Part shown: positions 1 to 9,641 of the stretch, in pieces | How the letters are laid out: each line of letters starts with the position of its first letter | Numbering within the stretch: the first letter of the stretch is position 1 | Assembly: GCA_963668315.1 (NCBI GenBank) | Contig: OY764216.1 | Coordinates: forward strand, 64,001-128,000 | Direction of reading: 5' to 3' | Length of the DNA: 64,000 nt | Source of the DNA: Spirochaetia bacterium | Lineage (GTDB): Bacteria; Spirochaetota; Spirochaetia; DSM-2461 | Position numbers and translations under genes: made by a program | The notes under the pieces: model-generated | What the model was told of the DNA's origin: nothing | Databases searched by the model: none | Seen by the model: only the letters and a program-made list of their open reading frames with translations

Positions 1-1449
1 CATGAAAACCATGGGAATTTTTACCATGATGCTCGATTTCCCGCTCTTCGAAAGCCAGGCGCCCACGGCGAGAAGGGCCAGAGCCGCCAGGAGCTGGTTG
101 GCCGAACCGAATATGGGCCAAATGGTCTGCCAGTCGGTAAACCCGACAAAACCGCCGATGGCAACGGAGATAGCCGTGGCCACATACATGTTGGTCAAAG
201 CCTTCTTAACCGGCTTCTGCTCCTTTCCATCGCTTTCCATGGACCAGAACTCCTGGAAAATGAAGCGGGCCAGACGGGTGGCCGTATCCAGACTGGTCAG
301 AGCGAAGGCGGATATGGCCAAGGCGATGAAGGGTACACCCACATCCATGGACAAACCGAATTTGTTCATGAAAGTCGCAACACCGATGGAGAAGGTGGGA
401 ATGGCTCCGCCCTTCTGCATACCGACAGCGCCGATGGCAATCAGGGCGATGACCGCGAGAACACCTTCGATAAGCATGCCGCCGTAGCCGATGAGCTTGG
501 AATCTTCCTCTTTGTCCACCATTTTGGAAGAGGTGCCCGAACCTACCAGAGAATGGAAACCGGAGATGGCTCCGCAGGCAACGGTGACGAACAGAATGGG
601 GAACATATAGGAGTTGTTCACCTTGAAACCGCCGAAAGCGGGGACAAACTGGGGATTCATATGGGGTCTGGCAAAGAGAAGCCCCAGAACGGCTCCGGCG
701 ATCATGGCGAACAGCAGGAAGGAGTTCAGGTAGTCACGGGGCTGGAGAAGAATCCATACGGGGGTGACGGAAGCAACGAAAATATAGGCCAGGAGAATCC
801 ACATCCAGGCTTTGGCGGGAAGACTCAGGGGAAAAAGCATGCCCAGGTAGATACAGCCGGCCAGAAGGGCCACACCGATGACCGAGGAAACGGCCAGATT
901 CATCCCTCTTCTATAGACGGCGAAACCGAAGACAACGGCAACGACCATGAAGAGAAGGGACGCCGTGGCGGCCTGGGGGGTGGAAGCGAAAGTGCCCGCT
1001 ACGATATTAAGGAACGCAGCGACGACAAGAACCAGGGTCAGCCAGGCAAAAATGGCGAAGAGCTTCTTGCCTCTGGTTCCGATATTCTTCTCGATAATCT
1101 CACCGATGGATTTTCCGTCATGGCGGATAGAAGCAACCATAGAACCGAAATCATGAACGCCTCCCACGAAAATGGAACCGATAACGATCCAGAGAAGCAC
1201 GGGTACCCAGCCGAACATGGCCGCGGCGATGGGGCCCGTTATAGGGCCGGCTCCGGCAATGGAGGCGAAGTGATGTCCCAGAACGACACCTTTGGAAGCG
1301 GGGACATAGTCGATGCCGTCCTCTTTTTCGTGAGCGGGAGTGGGTCTCTTGTTGCTGATGCCCCACTTACGGCAGAGCCATCCGCCGTAGAAAATGTAAG
1401 CTACCACAAATGCGGCAATCGCTAAAAAAATGATAACTAAAGAACTCAT
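1..1449 (-). CDS. cstA: Carbon starvation protein A (peptide/pyruvate transporter), 3' end runs off the window
   Basis: Not in the ORF track. Manual translation from ATG 1449 gives MSSLVIIFLAIAAFVVAYIFYGGWL...TPAHEKEDGIDYVP...GHHFASIAGAGPITGP...GGVHDF, which are CstA signatures. SD AAGGAG; ATGA overlap with the upstream gene. Confidence 0.93.
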   Translation of the reverse strand, partial: MSSLVIIFLAIAAFVVAYIFYGGWLCRKWGISNKRPTPAHEKEDGIDYVPASKGVVLGHHFASIAGAGPITGPIAAAMFGWVPVLLWIVIGSIFVGGVHDFGSMVASIRHDGKSIGEIIEKNIGTRGKKLFAIFAWLTLVLVVAAFLNIVAGTFASTPQAATASLLFMVVAVVFGFAVYRRGMNLAVSSVIGVALLAGCIYLGMLFPLSLPAKAWMWILLAYIFVASVTPVWILLQPRDYLNSFLLFAMIAGAVLGLLFARPHMNPQFVPAFGGFKVNNSYMFPILFVTVACGAISGFHSLVGSGTSSKMVDKEEDSKLIGYGGMLIEGVLAVIALIAIGAVGMQKGGAIPTFSIGVATFMNKFGLSMDVGVPFIALAISAFALTSLDTATRLARFIFQEFWSMESDGKEQKPVKKALTNMYVATAISVAIGGFVGFTDWQTIWPIFGSANQLLAALALLAVGAWLSKSGKSSIMVKIPMVFM

Positions 1450-1970
1450 GTTCTCTCCTTCGGGCAGATTTTCTCCGGAAGGAAAAAAGCTGCGGTTTTC
1501 ATAAAATGTCTATGTGTCACGACCCGGTTTTCCCCCAGGGACAGTATGACCAGAATCAAATCGGCCCAGCCCCGGAACCCCAGAGCGAAGCCTTTCTGGT
1601 AACGGAAACGGCGGGCAAGGCGGGCCCATTCCGAAGGGATATCCCCTTCCGTGACCAGAAGCAGTGTCAGCAGGGAGGACATATGGTCTCTCTGCGGCTC
1701 AACGAGACGGGGGATTTCATCCTTCATCCTGTCCAGCTCGTTTTTCAGAGAGAGGGAATCGCCCCCGTTCTGTTTTCTTATCCAGAGAAACTCGTTATTC
1801 TCATAACCGTAAATCTGCACCTTTTCGGACAGCATATACTTGGAATTCCTGATATTCATCGTTCCGAAAAGATCATAGGAATAGTTATCAATAGCCTTGT
1901 CTGAACAGAGATCAAACTGAGATGACAACTTCTCCCCCAGGGCAGACAAATAGGTTTCATAGGATAGCAT
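1446..1970 (-). CDS. Hypothetical protein, translationally coupled to cstA
   Basis: 174 aa ORF; stop overlaps the cstA start; TGnTATTAT 7 nt before the ATG. Confidence 0.75.
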   Translation of the reverse strand: MLSYETYLSALGEKLSSQFDLCSDKAIDNYSYDLFGTMNIRNSKYMLSEKVQIYGYENNEFLWIRKQNGGDSLSLKNELDRMKDEIPRLVEPQRDHMSSLLTLLLVTEGDIPSEWARLARRFRYQKGFALGFRGWADLILVILSLGENRVVTHRHFMKTAAFFLPEKICPKERT

Positions 1971-2068
1971 GGGGAATATAATACCAGATTATGGAGATAT
2001 GTAAAGTCTTATTTAATAGAGAATTAGCTATATTTTTGCAATTTATTATTGCGTTATACGCAATGTTG

Positions 2069-3037
2069 TTATTCTTCGATTGTTAATTGACGGATTACCT
2101 CCAACTGTTCCAGATAATCCTTTTCAGAAAGAGAAATAACAAATGATGCCCTCCCGCCGGTTTCGGAGCCGGGACCGCGGCAGCCGCCTTCGGAGAACCG
2201 GAAAAGTCCATGGGCGCTCTCTTTTCCCCAGTCATCGAACCCCTCTTTTCGGATGTGTTCCCCCAGTTCGCACTCTATCAGATCGATTTTGCCATACTCC
2301 CGCCAGGGTCTTCCCAGGAAAACCGAACGGGGAGGACAGTCGCTTGTAAATCGGCAATGGTAAAAAACAAACCCGGCCGCCTCCCCTTCGGGAGTACAGG
2401 GCGCGGCCACATATCCGTTAACTTCCCGGTCTCTGTTCCGGCTGAAGATTTCACACTCCTCAAAAAGAGCGGCGGCTCCACCGAAGATAAAATCAATATC
2501 CCCCGTAATGAAGCAATCCTTGAAATAATGGGCGCCCATCGTCCTTTCCCTGTATTCCGTAGGACCGGTAAAACCGCCTTTTTCCTTTTCCGTAGGGGGG
2601 AGAGGAGCCAGAAAAACCGTATCCTGATGGCCGATAAAACGGCATTTCTCATAGCGGCTTTTTTCCGTATCAACGAAAAGGGCCAGAGCCTGCCCTGCAA
2701 GATCTCCCGGTCCGGCGGCATTTTTGAAGGTGATATTACAGGCGGAAAAATCCCTTCCCTCCACCATGACGGTAGCCGTTCGGAAAGTCCCCCGCTTGAT
2801 TCCGTCCGGTAAAATCTCATAGGCCCCGTGGTCAAAGGTGATGATGGACTCTCCCCCGTCTTCTCCGCAGAGGGTTATACGGGGCTGGGTAATATGAATC
2901 CTTTCATGATAGATTCCCGGAGAGAGACGGATTTCCACGGGCAGTCCCCAATACCCCTCAGCCGCACCCAGGGCTTCTGCCACGGAAGAGAAAGCGTTCC
3001 CTTCCTCTTTATTAACGGTCAATACAATTCTGTCCAT
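2069..3037 (-). CDS. Pectin methylesterase (CE8)
   Basis: Motifs GIYHE, QALAL, GHQDT, ITGDIDFIFG, LGRPW. Confidence 0.92.
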   Translation of the reverse strand: MDRIVLTVNKEEGNAFSSVAEALGAAEGYWGLPVEIRLSPGIYHERIHITQPRITLCGEDGGESIITFDHGAYEILPDGIKRGTFRTATVMVEGRDFSACNITFKNAAGPGDLAGQALALFVDTEKSRYEKCRFIGHQDTVFLAPLPPTEKEKGGFTGPTEYRERTMGAHYFKDCFITGDIDFIFGGAAALFEECEIFSRNRDREVNGYVAAPCTPEGEAAGFVFYHCRFTSDCPPRSVFLGRPWREYGKIDLIECELGEHIRKEGFDDWGKESAHGLFRFSEGGCRGPGSETGGRASFVISLSEKDYLEQLEVIRQLTIEE

Positions 3038-3068
3038 CGGTACACCTCTTCTCCTTTCAAGTTTACAA

Positions 3069-4199
3069 CTATTTCAGCCACTTTTCCTCATGACCGGATA
3101 AAAAAGCTCTTATGCTCTCCACAGACGGCGGGCATCCGCCCAGACAGAAATCCCCCTTCGTGCAGCTTCCGATTCCCAGGACGTCGGGGGAGAGTCTGCT
3201 GCCCCGGAACTCCTGGCCTATACAGATTGACCGGGCGATTCCCCCCTCCAGGCTTTCCCTTTCCCTTAAGGCCATAGCCAGGTGGCCGAAACAGGAAGAA
3301 CAGGCCGATCTCTGGTCTACGATCTGGCGGATGAGCTCCTTTCGTTCATCCCGGCCGGAAGGGCGGTCCATTCCCGCATCACCGGTCCTCCCGTCCAGGT
3401 CGATGATATCCTCATCGGCCGTATGGCCCGATCCTATCCCCAACGCCTCGGCCATGCCGATATAACGCACGTCCTCTTCGGGTACCCCAAGCAGACGGGC
3501 GGCGTAGCTGTCCATGGCCACCGGATCCTTTCCCAGAAGCAGCAGATCCCTTTTCTCGGGGTTTCCCCCCTCCTCCCAGCCGGGATCGGGATTCAGCCCG
3601 TCCACCAGAGCGAAAGCCGGGCGGATAAGCGTATTAAGCCGTGCCACCGGCCTGTGTACCCCCAGGCTGTGATAACGCCGCTTCTCCGAATCGGGGATGC
3701 AGCCCTTGAGATTTTTCAGGGCGCAGGTGATCCCGGTCTGCCCGTGGCCCTTCACCAGCGGAAGATTAATCAGGCTCCCCCCCTCATCCTCAAGCTCCGC
3801 GACGGAACGGCATATTTTAAAGGGACCGTCCTCCGTCATGCGGGTAACCGATTCATCCTTCTGCAGATCGATCAGGGGAATTCCGTACTTATCGGCCAGT
3901 TCTTCATAACCGCACACCCGGAAGGCACGGGACGTGGAATCCCCTACCCAGGAACCTTCGCCTATGATAATCCGTTCATATCCCCCGTCCCGCAGATAAC
4001 GGATAAGCCCCTCGGTCACGGAAGGGGTAGTCGTGGCTCCCCCGGATGCCGGCTGACTGAGGATCAGATTGGGTTTGAGCATCACAGGGGCGGATGGCAG
4101 ACCCAGCCAGTCAAGGGCCCCCGCAGCATCCAGCAGATCCCCCACGTCCCGGAAGACATCCTTTCTGTCCCTGTTCGTTTTTCTCCAGATAGAACTCAT
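3069..4199 (-). CDS. DUF362 family Fe-S protein
   Basis: LKPN, TT.P, IGEG, KGH...TCALKNLKGC, D.VA.D; C-terminal ACSSC/GSC/GCPP cysteine cluster. Confidence 0.85.
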   Translation of the reverse strand: MSSIWRKTNRDRKDVFRDVGDLLDAAGALDWLGLPSAPVMLKPNLILSQPASGGATTTPSVTEGLIRYLRDGGYERIIIGEGSWVGDSTSRAFRVCGYEELADKYGIPLIDLQKDESVTRMTEDGPFKICRSVAELEDEGGSLINLPLVKGHGQTGITCALKNLKGCIPDSEKRRYHSLGVHRPVARLNTLIRPAFALVDGLNPDPGWEEGGNPEKRDLLLLGKDPVAMDSYAARLLGVPEEDVRYIGMAEALGIGSGHTADEDIIDLDGRTGDAGMDRPSGRDERKELIRQIVDQRSACSSCFGHLAMALRERESLEGGIARSICIGQEFRGSRLSPDVLGIGSCTKGDFCLGGCPPSVESIRAFLSGHEEKWLK

Positions 4200-4350
4200 G
4201 ACACACCTCTTTTCCGCTATCTTACATTACCTGCGGTTCAGGTCAAAGAAAAAAAAGAAAGAATTGGCAATTTTCATAAATTATGGCGAAATGTACCGCT
4301 CTCGCCTCTTTAGGGAGCTATCGCACATCGATTTTCCCCGTGACGGGAAT

Positions 4351-4366
4351 TGGCACAGTCGTTGCA
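4351..4366 (+). promoter_or_regulatory. Sigma54 (-24/-12) promoter of pspC
   Basis: TGGCACAGTCGTTGCA matches TGGCAC-N5-TTGCA exactly, 36 nt before the pspC ATG. Confidence 0.8.
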
Positions 4367-4402
4367 TATACATTGGTAGAACAATAAAAGCGAGGTAATA
4401 TC

Positions 4403-4735
4403 ATGAAATTATACAGATCAAAACAGGGAAAGGTCCTGGGAGTTTGCCAGGGACTGTCCGACCGCACCGGCTATCCGGTCAAGTATTTCCGCCTGCTCTT
4501 CGTCGCCGCGGCATTCTTTACTCTCTGGTGGACCCTGGCCCTGTATGCAGCAGCGGCTCTTCTCCTTCCCGTGAAAAGACCGGAAGGTTATGAACCGGAG
4601 GGCTTCGGCGAGACCCTGGATGACCTGAAGGATGATTTTCTGGATTTTATCGGCAGAGAGTACCGGGAGTTCAGGGAAGCGGGGCGGAACAGGGGACAGG
4701 CGGAAAGCGGCCAGCCCCGGAAGAAAGAAATCTGA
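4403..4735 (+). CDS. pspC: PspC domain protein (phage shock/envelope stress)
   Basis: KLYRS...KVLGVCQGL signature followed by one TM helix. Confidence 0.85.
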   Translation: MKLYRSKQGKVLGVCQGLSDRTGYPVKYFRLLFVAAAFFTLWWTLALYAAAALLLPVKRPEGYEPEGFGETLDDLKDDFLDFIGREYREFREAGRNRGQAESGQPRKKEI

Positions 4736-4747
4736 TGCCCCGTCCCC

Positions 4748-6100
4748 CTACCGCTGTTCGATGCGGTTTCTTCCGCCGTTCTTGGCATCGTAAAGAGCTT
4801 CGTCGGCACGCTTTATAAGGGAATTAACCGTATCGTCGGCGGAACGGATAGAAACGCCGACACTTACGGTTACGGGAATTTTAATGCCGGGAATCTCCAT
4901 GGCCTGTATCTTTCGCCTTATCCTGTCCATCGTCATTACGGCATTTTCTCCTGTTGTATTGAAGAGAAGGATAATAAACTCTTCCCCGCCGAAACGGCCC
5001 AGAATATCGTTGCCCCGGAGAGTCCGTGAACAGATGGCGGCAATGGCGCTTATGACCTCATCGCCCTTCTGGTGCCCGTAGGTATCATTCACCCTTTTGA
5101 AATAATCGATATCCACCATGGCAACAACCAGTTCAGTTTGTCCGATATCATTGAAAATCTGATTCATGGTCCGGTCAAAGCTTTTTCTTGTCAGAAAGCC
5201 GGTGAGCTGGTCCTTTTCGAGCTCGCTGACCATACCGCTCATCTCTTCCCTGTTCTGAACGGCGATGGTAAGGATATCGGCAAAACTCAATACGGGATAC
5301 AGGTCGGTTCCGTCATAGGCTCCCTTCTTCCGGTGATAGAGAAAAAAAGCACCGATGAAATCGTTCTTAACAATCAGAGGCACAACCATGACCGAACCGC
5401 ACTCCTCAGAGCCGACTTCCTCGATAATGGGATATTTAGACTTTACGATCTGCCCCATAAGCTCATCAAGCCCGGGTATATCAACATTGCTTCCCGCAGG
5501 ATACACATGAACCGGTTTCGAGAGATCTCTTTTCAGATAGACCGAACAGCTGGAAAAATCGATAACGTCCTTTAATTTTTCAAGTCCCCCGTCCAGCTTT
5601 TCTGAAAAGTGAAGATCGGAAACAACGTCGGCTCCGGCGGAGAAAAGAATCTCCGAGACCCTGTTTTTCCTTTTCTCCTCGATCAGCTGTTCATGAAGAA
5701 TCTCTTCCGCCTTTTTCCGTCTGTTGATGATTCTGTCAAAACCGAACAGTTTCTCTATCCGGCCGGCATTATCCCTCTTGAGAACGGTCGCATGGGTCAA
5801 AACCCAGTACCATACCCCTTTAATGTTCTTAAGCCGATATTCACAGTAGAGCTCATCGTCCTGCCCCCGGGTGAACCGGTTCCATAGGCGAATATAATTA
5901 TCATAATCATCGGGATGGATTCGTTTATGGTACGCTCCGCTCGTCATCTCTTCCCGGCAGAAGCCCAGCTCCGTGCAGACATTGCTTATGCTCCCGATGT
6001 TTTGGCGGTAGTCCACATAAAACATTCCGGCGTCATGCAAGGTCTGCTCAAAAAGAGGTTCATTCAATACATCAAGGAAAGTTCTCTTTTTTCCATCCAC
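4748..6100 (-). CDS. PAS/GAF-containing diguanylate cyclase
   Basis: IHPDD/EYRL/WYWV PAS_3, GAF-like middle region, DIDYFKRVNDTYGH, RGND I-site, GGEEF. Confidence 0.92.
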   Translation of the reverse strand: MDGKKRTFLDVLNEPLFEQTLHDAGMFYVDYRQNIGSISNVCTELGFCREEMTSGAYHKRIHPDDYDNYIRLWNRFTRGQDDELYCEYRLKNIKGVWYWVLTHATVLKRDNAGRIEKLFGFDRIINRRKKAEEILHEQLIEEKRKNRVSEILFSAGADVVSDLHFSEKLDGGLEKLKDVIDFSSCSVYLKRDLSKPVHVYPAGSNVDIPGLDELMGQIVKSKYPIIEEVGSEECGSVMVVPLIVKNDFIGAFFLYHRKKGAYDGTDLYPVLSFADILTIAVQNREEMSGMVSELEKDQLTGFLTRKSFDRTMNQIFNDIGQTELVVAMVDIDYFKRVNDTYGHQKGDEVISAIAAICSRTLRGNDILGRFGGEEFIILLFNTTGENAVMTMDRIRRKIQAMEIPGIKIPVTVSVGVSIRSADDTVNSLIKRADEALYDAKNGGRNRIEQR

Positions 6101-6212
6101 CCCGGATCCCCATGATACTTTATGTTTTACTGAACATTATGGGGGGGCGGTAGATGGGAATCAAGAAAAATTTATTCTGAAATAGATTTTATATTCCCTG
6201 GGTGTTGTATAC

Positions 6213-6251
6213 AAAAAAAAGATGATGACCCAATTCGGATCATCATCTTTT
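6213..6251 (-). terminator. Intrinsic terminator (possibly bidirectional) after the lipoprotein gene
   Basis: A8-GATGATGAcc...gaTCATCATC-T4 hairpin. Confidence 0.75.
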
Positions 6252-6267
6252 GCTATAACATCTTAGC

Positions 6268-7968
6268 TTATGGCTGGATTTGATCCAGAACGATACCGTC
6301 AGAGTAGTTCTCGTTATAGTCAACAGTCTGGATCAGATAATAATAATCCGTTCCCGCAATTCCCTCGGCATCGACATAATTAGGCTGATACCCGCGATAG
6401 ACTTCTTCTCCGTCATCACGGGATCTTGGTTCGCTGCCAGCCTTTCGGGTAACAACAATCTCTTTCAAGTCTTCATCCCTCGGATTTATCCACTGAAGGG
6501 TATTATATGTAGTAGAACCTGAAATCGCCGGAGCGACAACATCGGAGGGAGCGGTAGAATCCGCTCCGGAAGTACCGCTTGCAGAGGTATTTTCCTGAAG
6601 TGTAAGAGAAACAGGAAAGGGGTTGCTCAGACAGAATGTAATGATATCGTCGGAATAATCAGAGGGAGTACCGCCATCATAGATCTCGACAAGATCCACC
6701 AGATTCCAGTTAAAAAGGATTTCAGGGTTTGAATAGGAAGAAAGATCCAGATAACTATCATTCGAATAATAAAGAGATACCGAATTCCCTGACGTCTCCG
6801 TGACAGGATTGATAAAGGTTCCCGTGTCTCCTGCGGGATTCTGGATCCCATCCTGAGTGACATTGGCTCCAATGGTCAGATAGCTCAGGAAGCCTGAATT
6901 TGTCTCTATCGGCTGGAGAGACTCAAAGCTAAAATACCTGAGTTCGGAAGGAAGCCCGTCTATTGAGTCGGTTACCTCACCATCAAAATAATGACTATTA
7001 TATTCAGAAGGCAGTACAAGCCCCGTTATGGATCGGACATAATATCCATCATTAGAACTGCCGTTTCCATGGGGGAGGAACTGCATGGACAACCCATCAA
7101 AAGTGCTTCCGAATATCTCCGTATCACGGATGAAATCATCGGCATAGGCTAAATCAATATGCTTGGGGATGATAGCGCCGTCGGGATTCATCGTCCTTTC
7201 AAGAATTTCCACCGAGGAATAATCGTCTTCGCCGATCTCATTATAGAGGACTATATCATCAATATCCAGAATAAAGCTTTCAGGAGTCAACTGATAAAGA
7301 AGGCTTCCTCTATTTGCTTCTTTTCGATTGTCCTTGAAGTAAGTATCATCAACCATTGAATAGACAGAAATCGATCGGGCATTGCGGGAAGAACGGCTGA
7401 CGGAAGAACCTTCGACACCGGCGGATACAGCCAGTGTTCTTGTGTTGCCATTGTAATAAGCCATATATTGCTCTTTGAAACTTTCCCCGTTGATGGTAAA
7501 AGAGTTAATCGTTATGTTATCATTTTCATCAACAGTAATCGAAAGCGTCAATGAGGTAATGGCAACATCGATTCCACTATCCTCAAAGGTTGTATAGTTG
7601 ATATCGAAAGTACTTGTTGACGGATTATACTCCTCACTACCGACAAGATGTTGTGTTGCATCGCTACTGGTAATTTCCAGATCGAAACTGATAAAAGTAT
7701 TATTTGTGAATGTCAATAAACCGTTCAGATATGTGCCGGTATCAATCGGAAAATTCGAATAAATCTGCGGATTCTCACTCATATCCTCAGTTAATCCCTC
7801 AATTCCTTCTTTATACTCCAGAACTCCGTTATATACCTGGACAAGATCTTCATCTGACAAAGTAAAAGTCGGAGATGAATCTGTCCCCCCGGTATCACAG
7901 GACACAAACAGCACAGCAAGAATCACAACAGAAAGCACAAAGAACTTTTTCATCATAGTTTTCTCCAT
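6268..7968 (-). CDS. Acidic lipoprotein with C-terminal Fn3-like domain
   Basis: Signal peptide KKFF...LFVS|C; C-terminal D.TAP.DV...LQW.NP.D.DL...YYY.I.TVD...NYS Fn3-like pattern; AT-richer than flanks. Confidence 0.82.
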   Translation of the reverse strand: MEKTMMKKFFVLSVVILAVLFVSCDTGGTDSSPTFTLSDEDLVQVYNGVLEYKEGIEGLTEDMSENPQIYSNFPIDTGTYLNGLLTFTNNTFISFDLEITSSDATQHLVGSEEYNPSTSTFDINYTTFEDSGIDVAITSLTLSITVDENDNITINSFTINGESFKEQYMAYYNGNTRTLAVSAGVEGSSVSRSSRNARSISVYSMVDDTYFKDNRKEANRGSLLYQLTPESFILDIDDIVLYNEIGEDDYSSVEILERTMNPDGAIIPKHIDLAYADDFIRDTEIFGSTFDGLSMQFLPHGNGSSNDGYYVRSITGLVLPSEYNSHYFDGEVTDSIDGLPSELRYFSFESLQPIETNSGFLSYLTIGANVTQDGIQNPAGDTGTFINPVTETSGNSVSLYYSNDSYLDLSSYSNPEILFNWNLVDLVEIYDGGTPSDYSDDIITFCLSNPFPVSLTLQENTSASGTSGADSTAPSDVVAPAISGSTTYNTLQWINPRDEDLKEIVVTRKAGSEPRSRDDGEEVYRGYQPNYVDAEGIAGTDYYYLIQTVDYNENYSDGIVLDQIQP

Positions 7969-8128
7969 ATTAATATTACATTTTTACATAAGTATCGGTT
8001 CTATAATCGGTAATTTCAACTCTTTTTTACCAGTTATAACCACGATCAATGGAGAATAGGGAGAATATTCCTCAGGTTATTCAGCTTTTAAGTGACCTCC
8101 CCGGCCCGCAATGACAGCGTATCCTGGA

Positions 8129-9178
8129 TCAGGCGATTTCATGCTGGGGGTATTTGCCTTTCATAGACCGGGCGATCCTTACCAGACTCAGCATAACGGG
8201 AACTTCTACAAGTACACCGACAACGGTGGCCAAGGTCGCTCCCGAAGAGAGTCCGAATAAACTTATGGCGACAGCTACGGCCAGCTCAAAAAAGTTGGAC
8301 GCACCAATCATTCCCGAAGGAGCGGCTACCTGATAGGGGACTTTCCAAAGTTTGGACCATCCGAAACCGAGAAAGAAGATGAAGTAGGTCTGTATGATCA
8401 GCGGGACGGCGATTAGCAGGATGGCTACCGGATTTGCGATGATTGTTTCCCCCTGGAAGGAGAAAATGATAACCAGTGTCAGCAGAAGTCCCGCTTCGGT
8501 TATTCCGTCGAATTTCTTACAGAACACATTTTCGAACCACTCCTTTCCATGGCTTTTTATCAGAATATTTCTGGTTATGAATCCGGCGGCCAGGGGAATG
8601 ACGACAAAGAGCACAACTGAAATAAACAGAGTATCCATAGGTACCTGGACGTCATTTACCCCCAGCAGCAGAGCGACGATGGGTGCGAAGGCCAGGAGAA
8701 TAATCAGGTCATTCACGGCGACCTGAACAACGGTGTATCCCGGATCTCCGTCGGATAGATAGCTCCAGACAAACACCATGGCAGTACAGGGCGCGGCTCC
8801 CAGCAACACGGCGCCGGCTATATATTCGGTGGCCAGTGGATCGGGGATGAACGCCCGAAAAACCACCTTCAGAAAGAACCGGGCGACAAGGTACATGGAA
8901 AAAGGTTTAACCAGCCAGTTTATGATGAGGGTGATGACCAGGCCCTTAGGTTTTTTACCCGCATCCACAATACTCTTAAAATCGACCTTCAGCATCATGG
9001 GAAAGATCATCAGCCATATAAGAACCGCAACGGGAATGGAAACGTTGGCATACTCCAGTTTTCCAAGCATTTCCGGAATACCGGGAAAGGCGACTCCCAG
9101 GGCAACGCCAAGGCCTATACAGATAGCGACCCAAAGGGTCAGATATTTAGCAAAGAAACCGATCTGCTTTTCAGACAT
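8129..9178 (-). CDS. acr3: ACR3 family arsenite efflux transporter
   Basis: KYLTLWV, INWLVKPF, APCTAMVFVWS, SNFFELAVAVAI, GVLVEVPVML. Confidence 0.96.
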   Translation of the reverse strand: MSEKQIGFFAKYLTLWVAICIGLGVALGVAFPGIPEMLGKLEYANVSIPVAVLIWLMIFPMMLKVDFKSIVDAGKKPKGLVITLIINWLVKPFSMYLVARFFLKVVFRAFIPDPLATEYIAGAVLLGAAPCTAMVFVWSYLSDGDPGYTVVQVAVNDLIILLAFAPIVALLLGVNDVQVPMDTLFISVVLFVVIPLAAGFITRNILIKSHGKEWFENVFCKKFDGITEAGLLLTLVIIFSFQGETIIANPVAILLIAVPLIIQTYFIFFLGFGWSKLWKVPYQVAAPSGMIGASNFFELAVAVAISLFGLSSGATLATVVGVLVEVPVMLSLVRIARSMKGKYPQHEIA

Positions 9179-9210
9179 GTTCTTCCTCCGTCATATTAAT
9201 TATATTGGCA

Positions 9211-9230
9211 ATTTGGCAAATATGCCAAAT
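9211..9230. promoter_or_regulatory. Probable ArsR operator
   Basis: Perfect 8-4-8 inverted repeat ATTTGGCA-AATA-TGCCAAAT between divergent acr3 and arsR. Confidence 0.7.
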
Positions 9231-9281
9231 GCAGTCAATAATAGATTGACAAATTTACGATAAAAAAACCATATTCTGATA

Positions 9282-9623
9282 ATGAGTTATGAAAAAGAAA
9301 AAGAGCTGGCCCATGCCCGGGCTAAAGTGATAAAAGCCCTGGCCCATCCCACGAGGATATTTATGGTGGATTTACTTTCAAGAGAAGATCTATCGGTCAA
9401 CCGGTTAACGGAAGCCGTGGGGGCAGATGTCTCTACCGTCTCAAAACATCTGTCCCTTCTCAGGCAATCGGGTATCCTGACCGACAAGAAGGAAGGAAAC
9501 CGGGTTCATTACTCTCTCGTCTGCCCCTGCATCATGGAATTCATACACTGTATAGACGATGTCATATATCAGGAGGCGGAGAAGGGATTGTCCTGTCTCC
9601 TTCCGAAGAGTTCCTCCTCCTGA
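9282..9623 (+). CDS. arsR: ArsR/SmtB family repressor
   Basis: KALAHPTR, STVSKHLSLL HTH, C-terminal cysteines; divergent from acr3. Confidence 0.9.
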   Translation: MSYEKEKELAHARAKVIKALAHPTRIFMVDLLSREDLSVNRLTEAVGADVSTVSKHLSLLRQSGILTDKKEGNRVHYSLVCPCIMEFIHCIDDVIYQEAEKGLSCLLPKSSSS

Positions 9624-9641
9624 TCCCGGTTTACAGGAAAC

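Noticed and set aside
2048..2064. Palindrome ATTGCGT-TAT-ACGCAAT
   Set aside because: Single copy right after a stop codon; cannot distinguish a weak terminator from an operator.
8108..8116. GCAATGACA 9-mer at the edges of two AT-rich patches (also about 46877)
   Set aside because: Too short to separate from chance without genome-wide counts.
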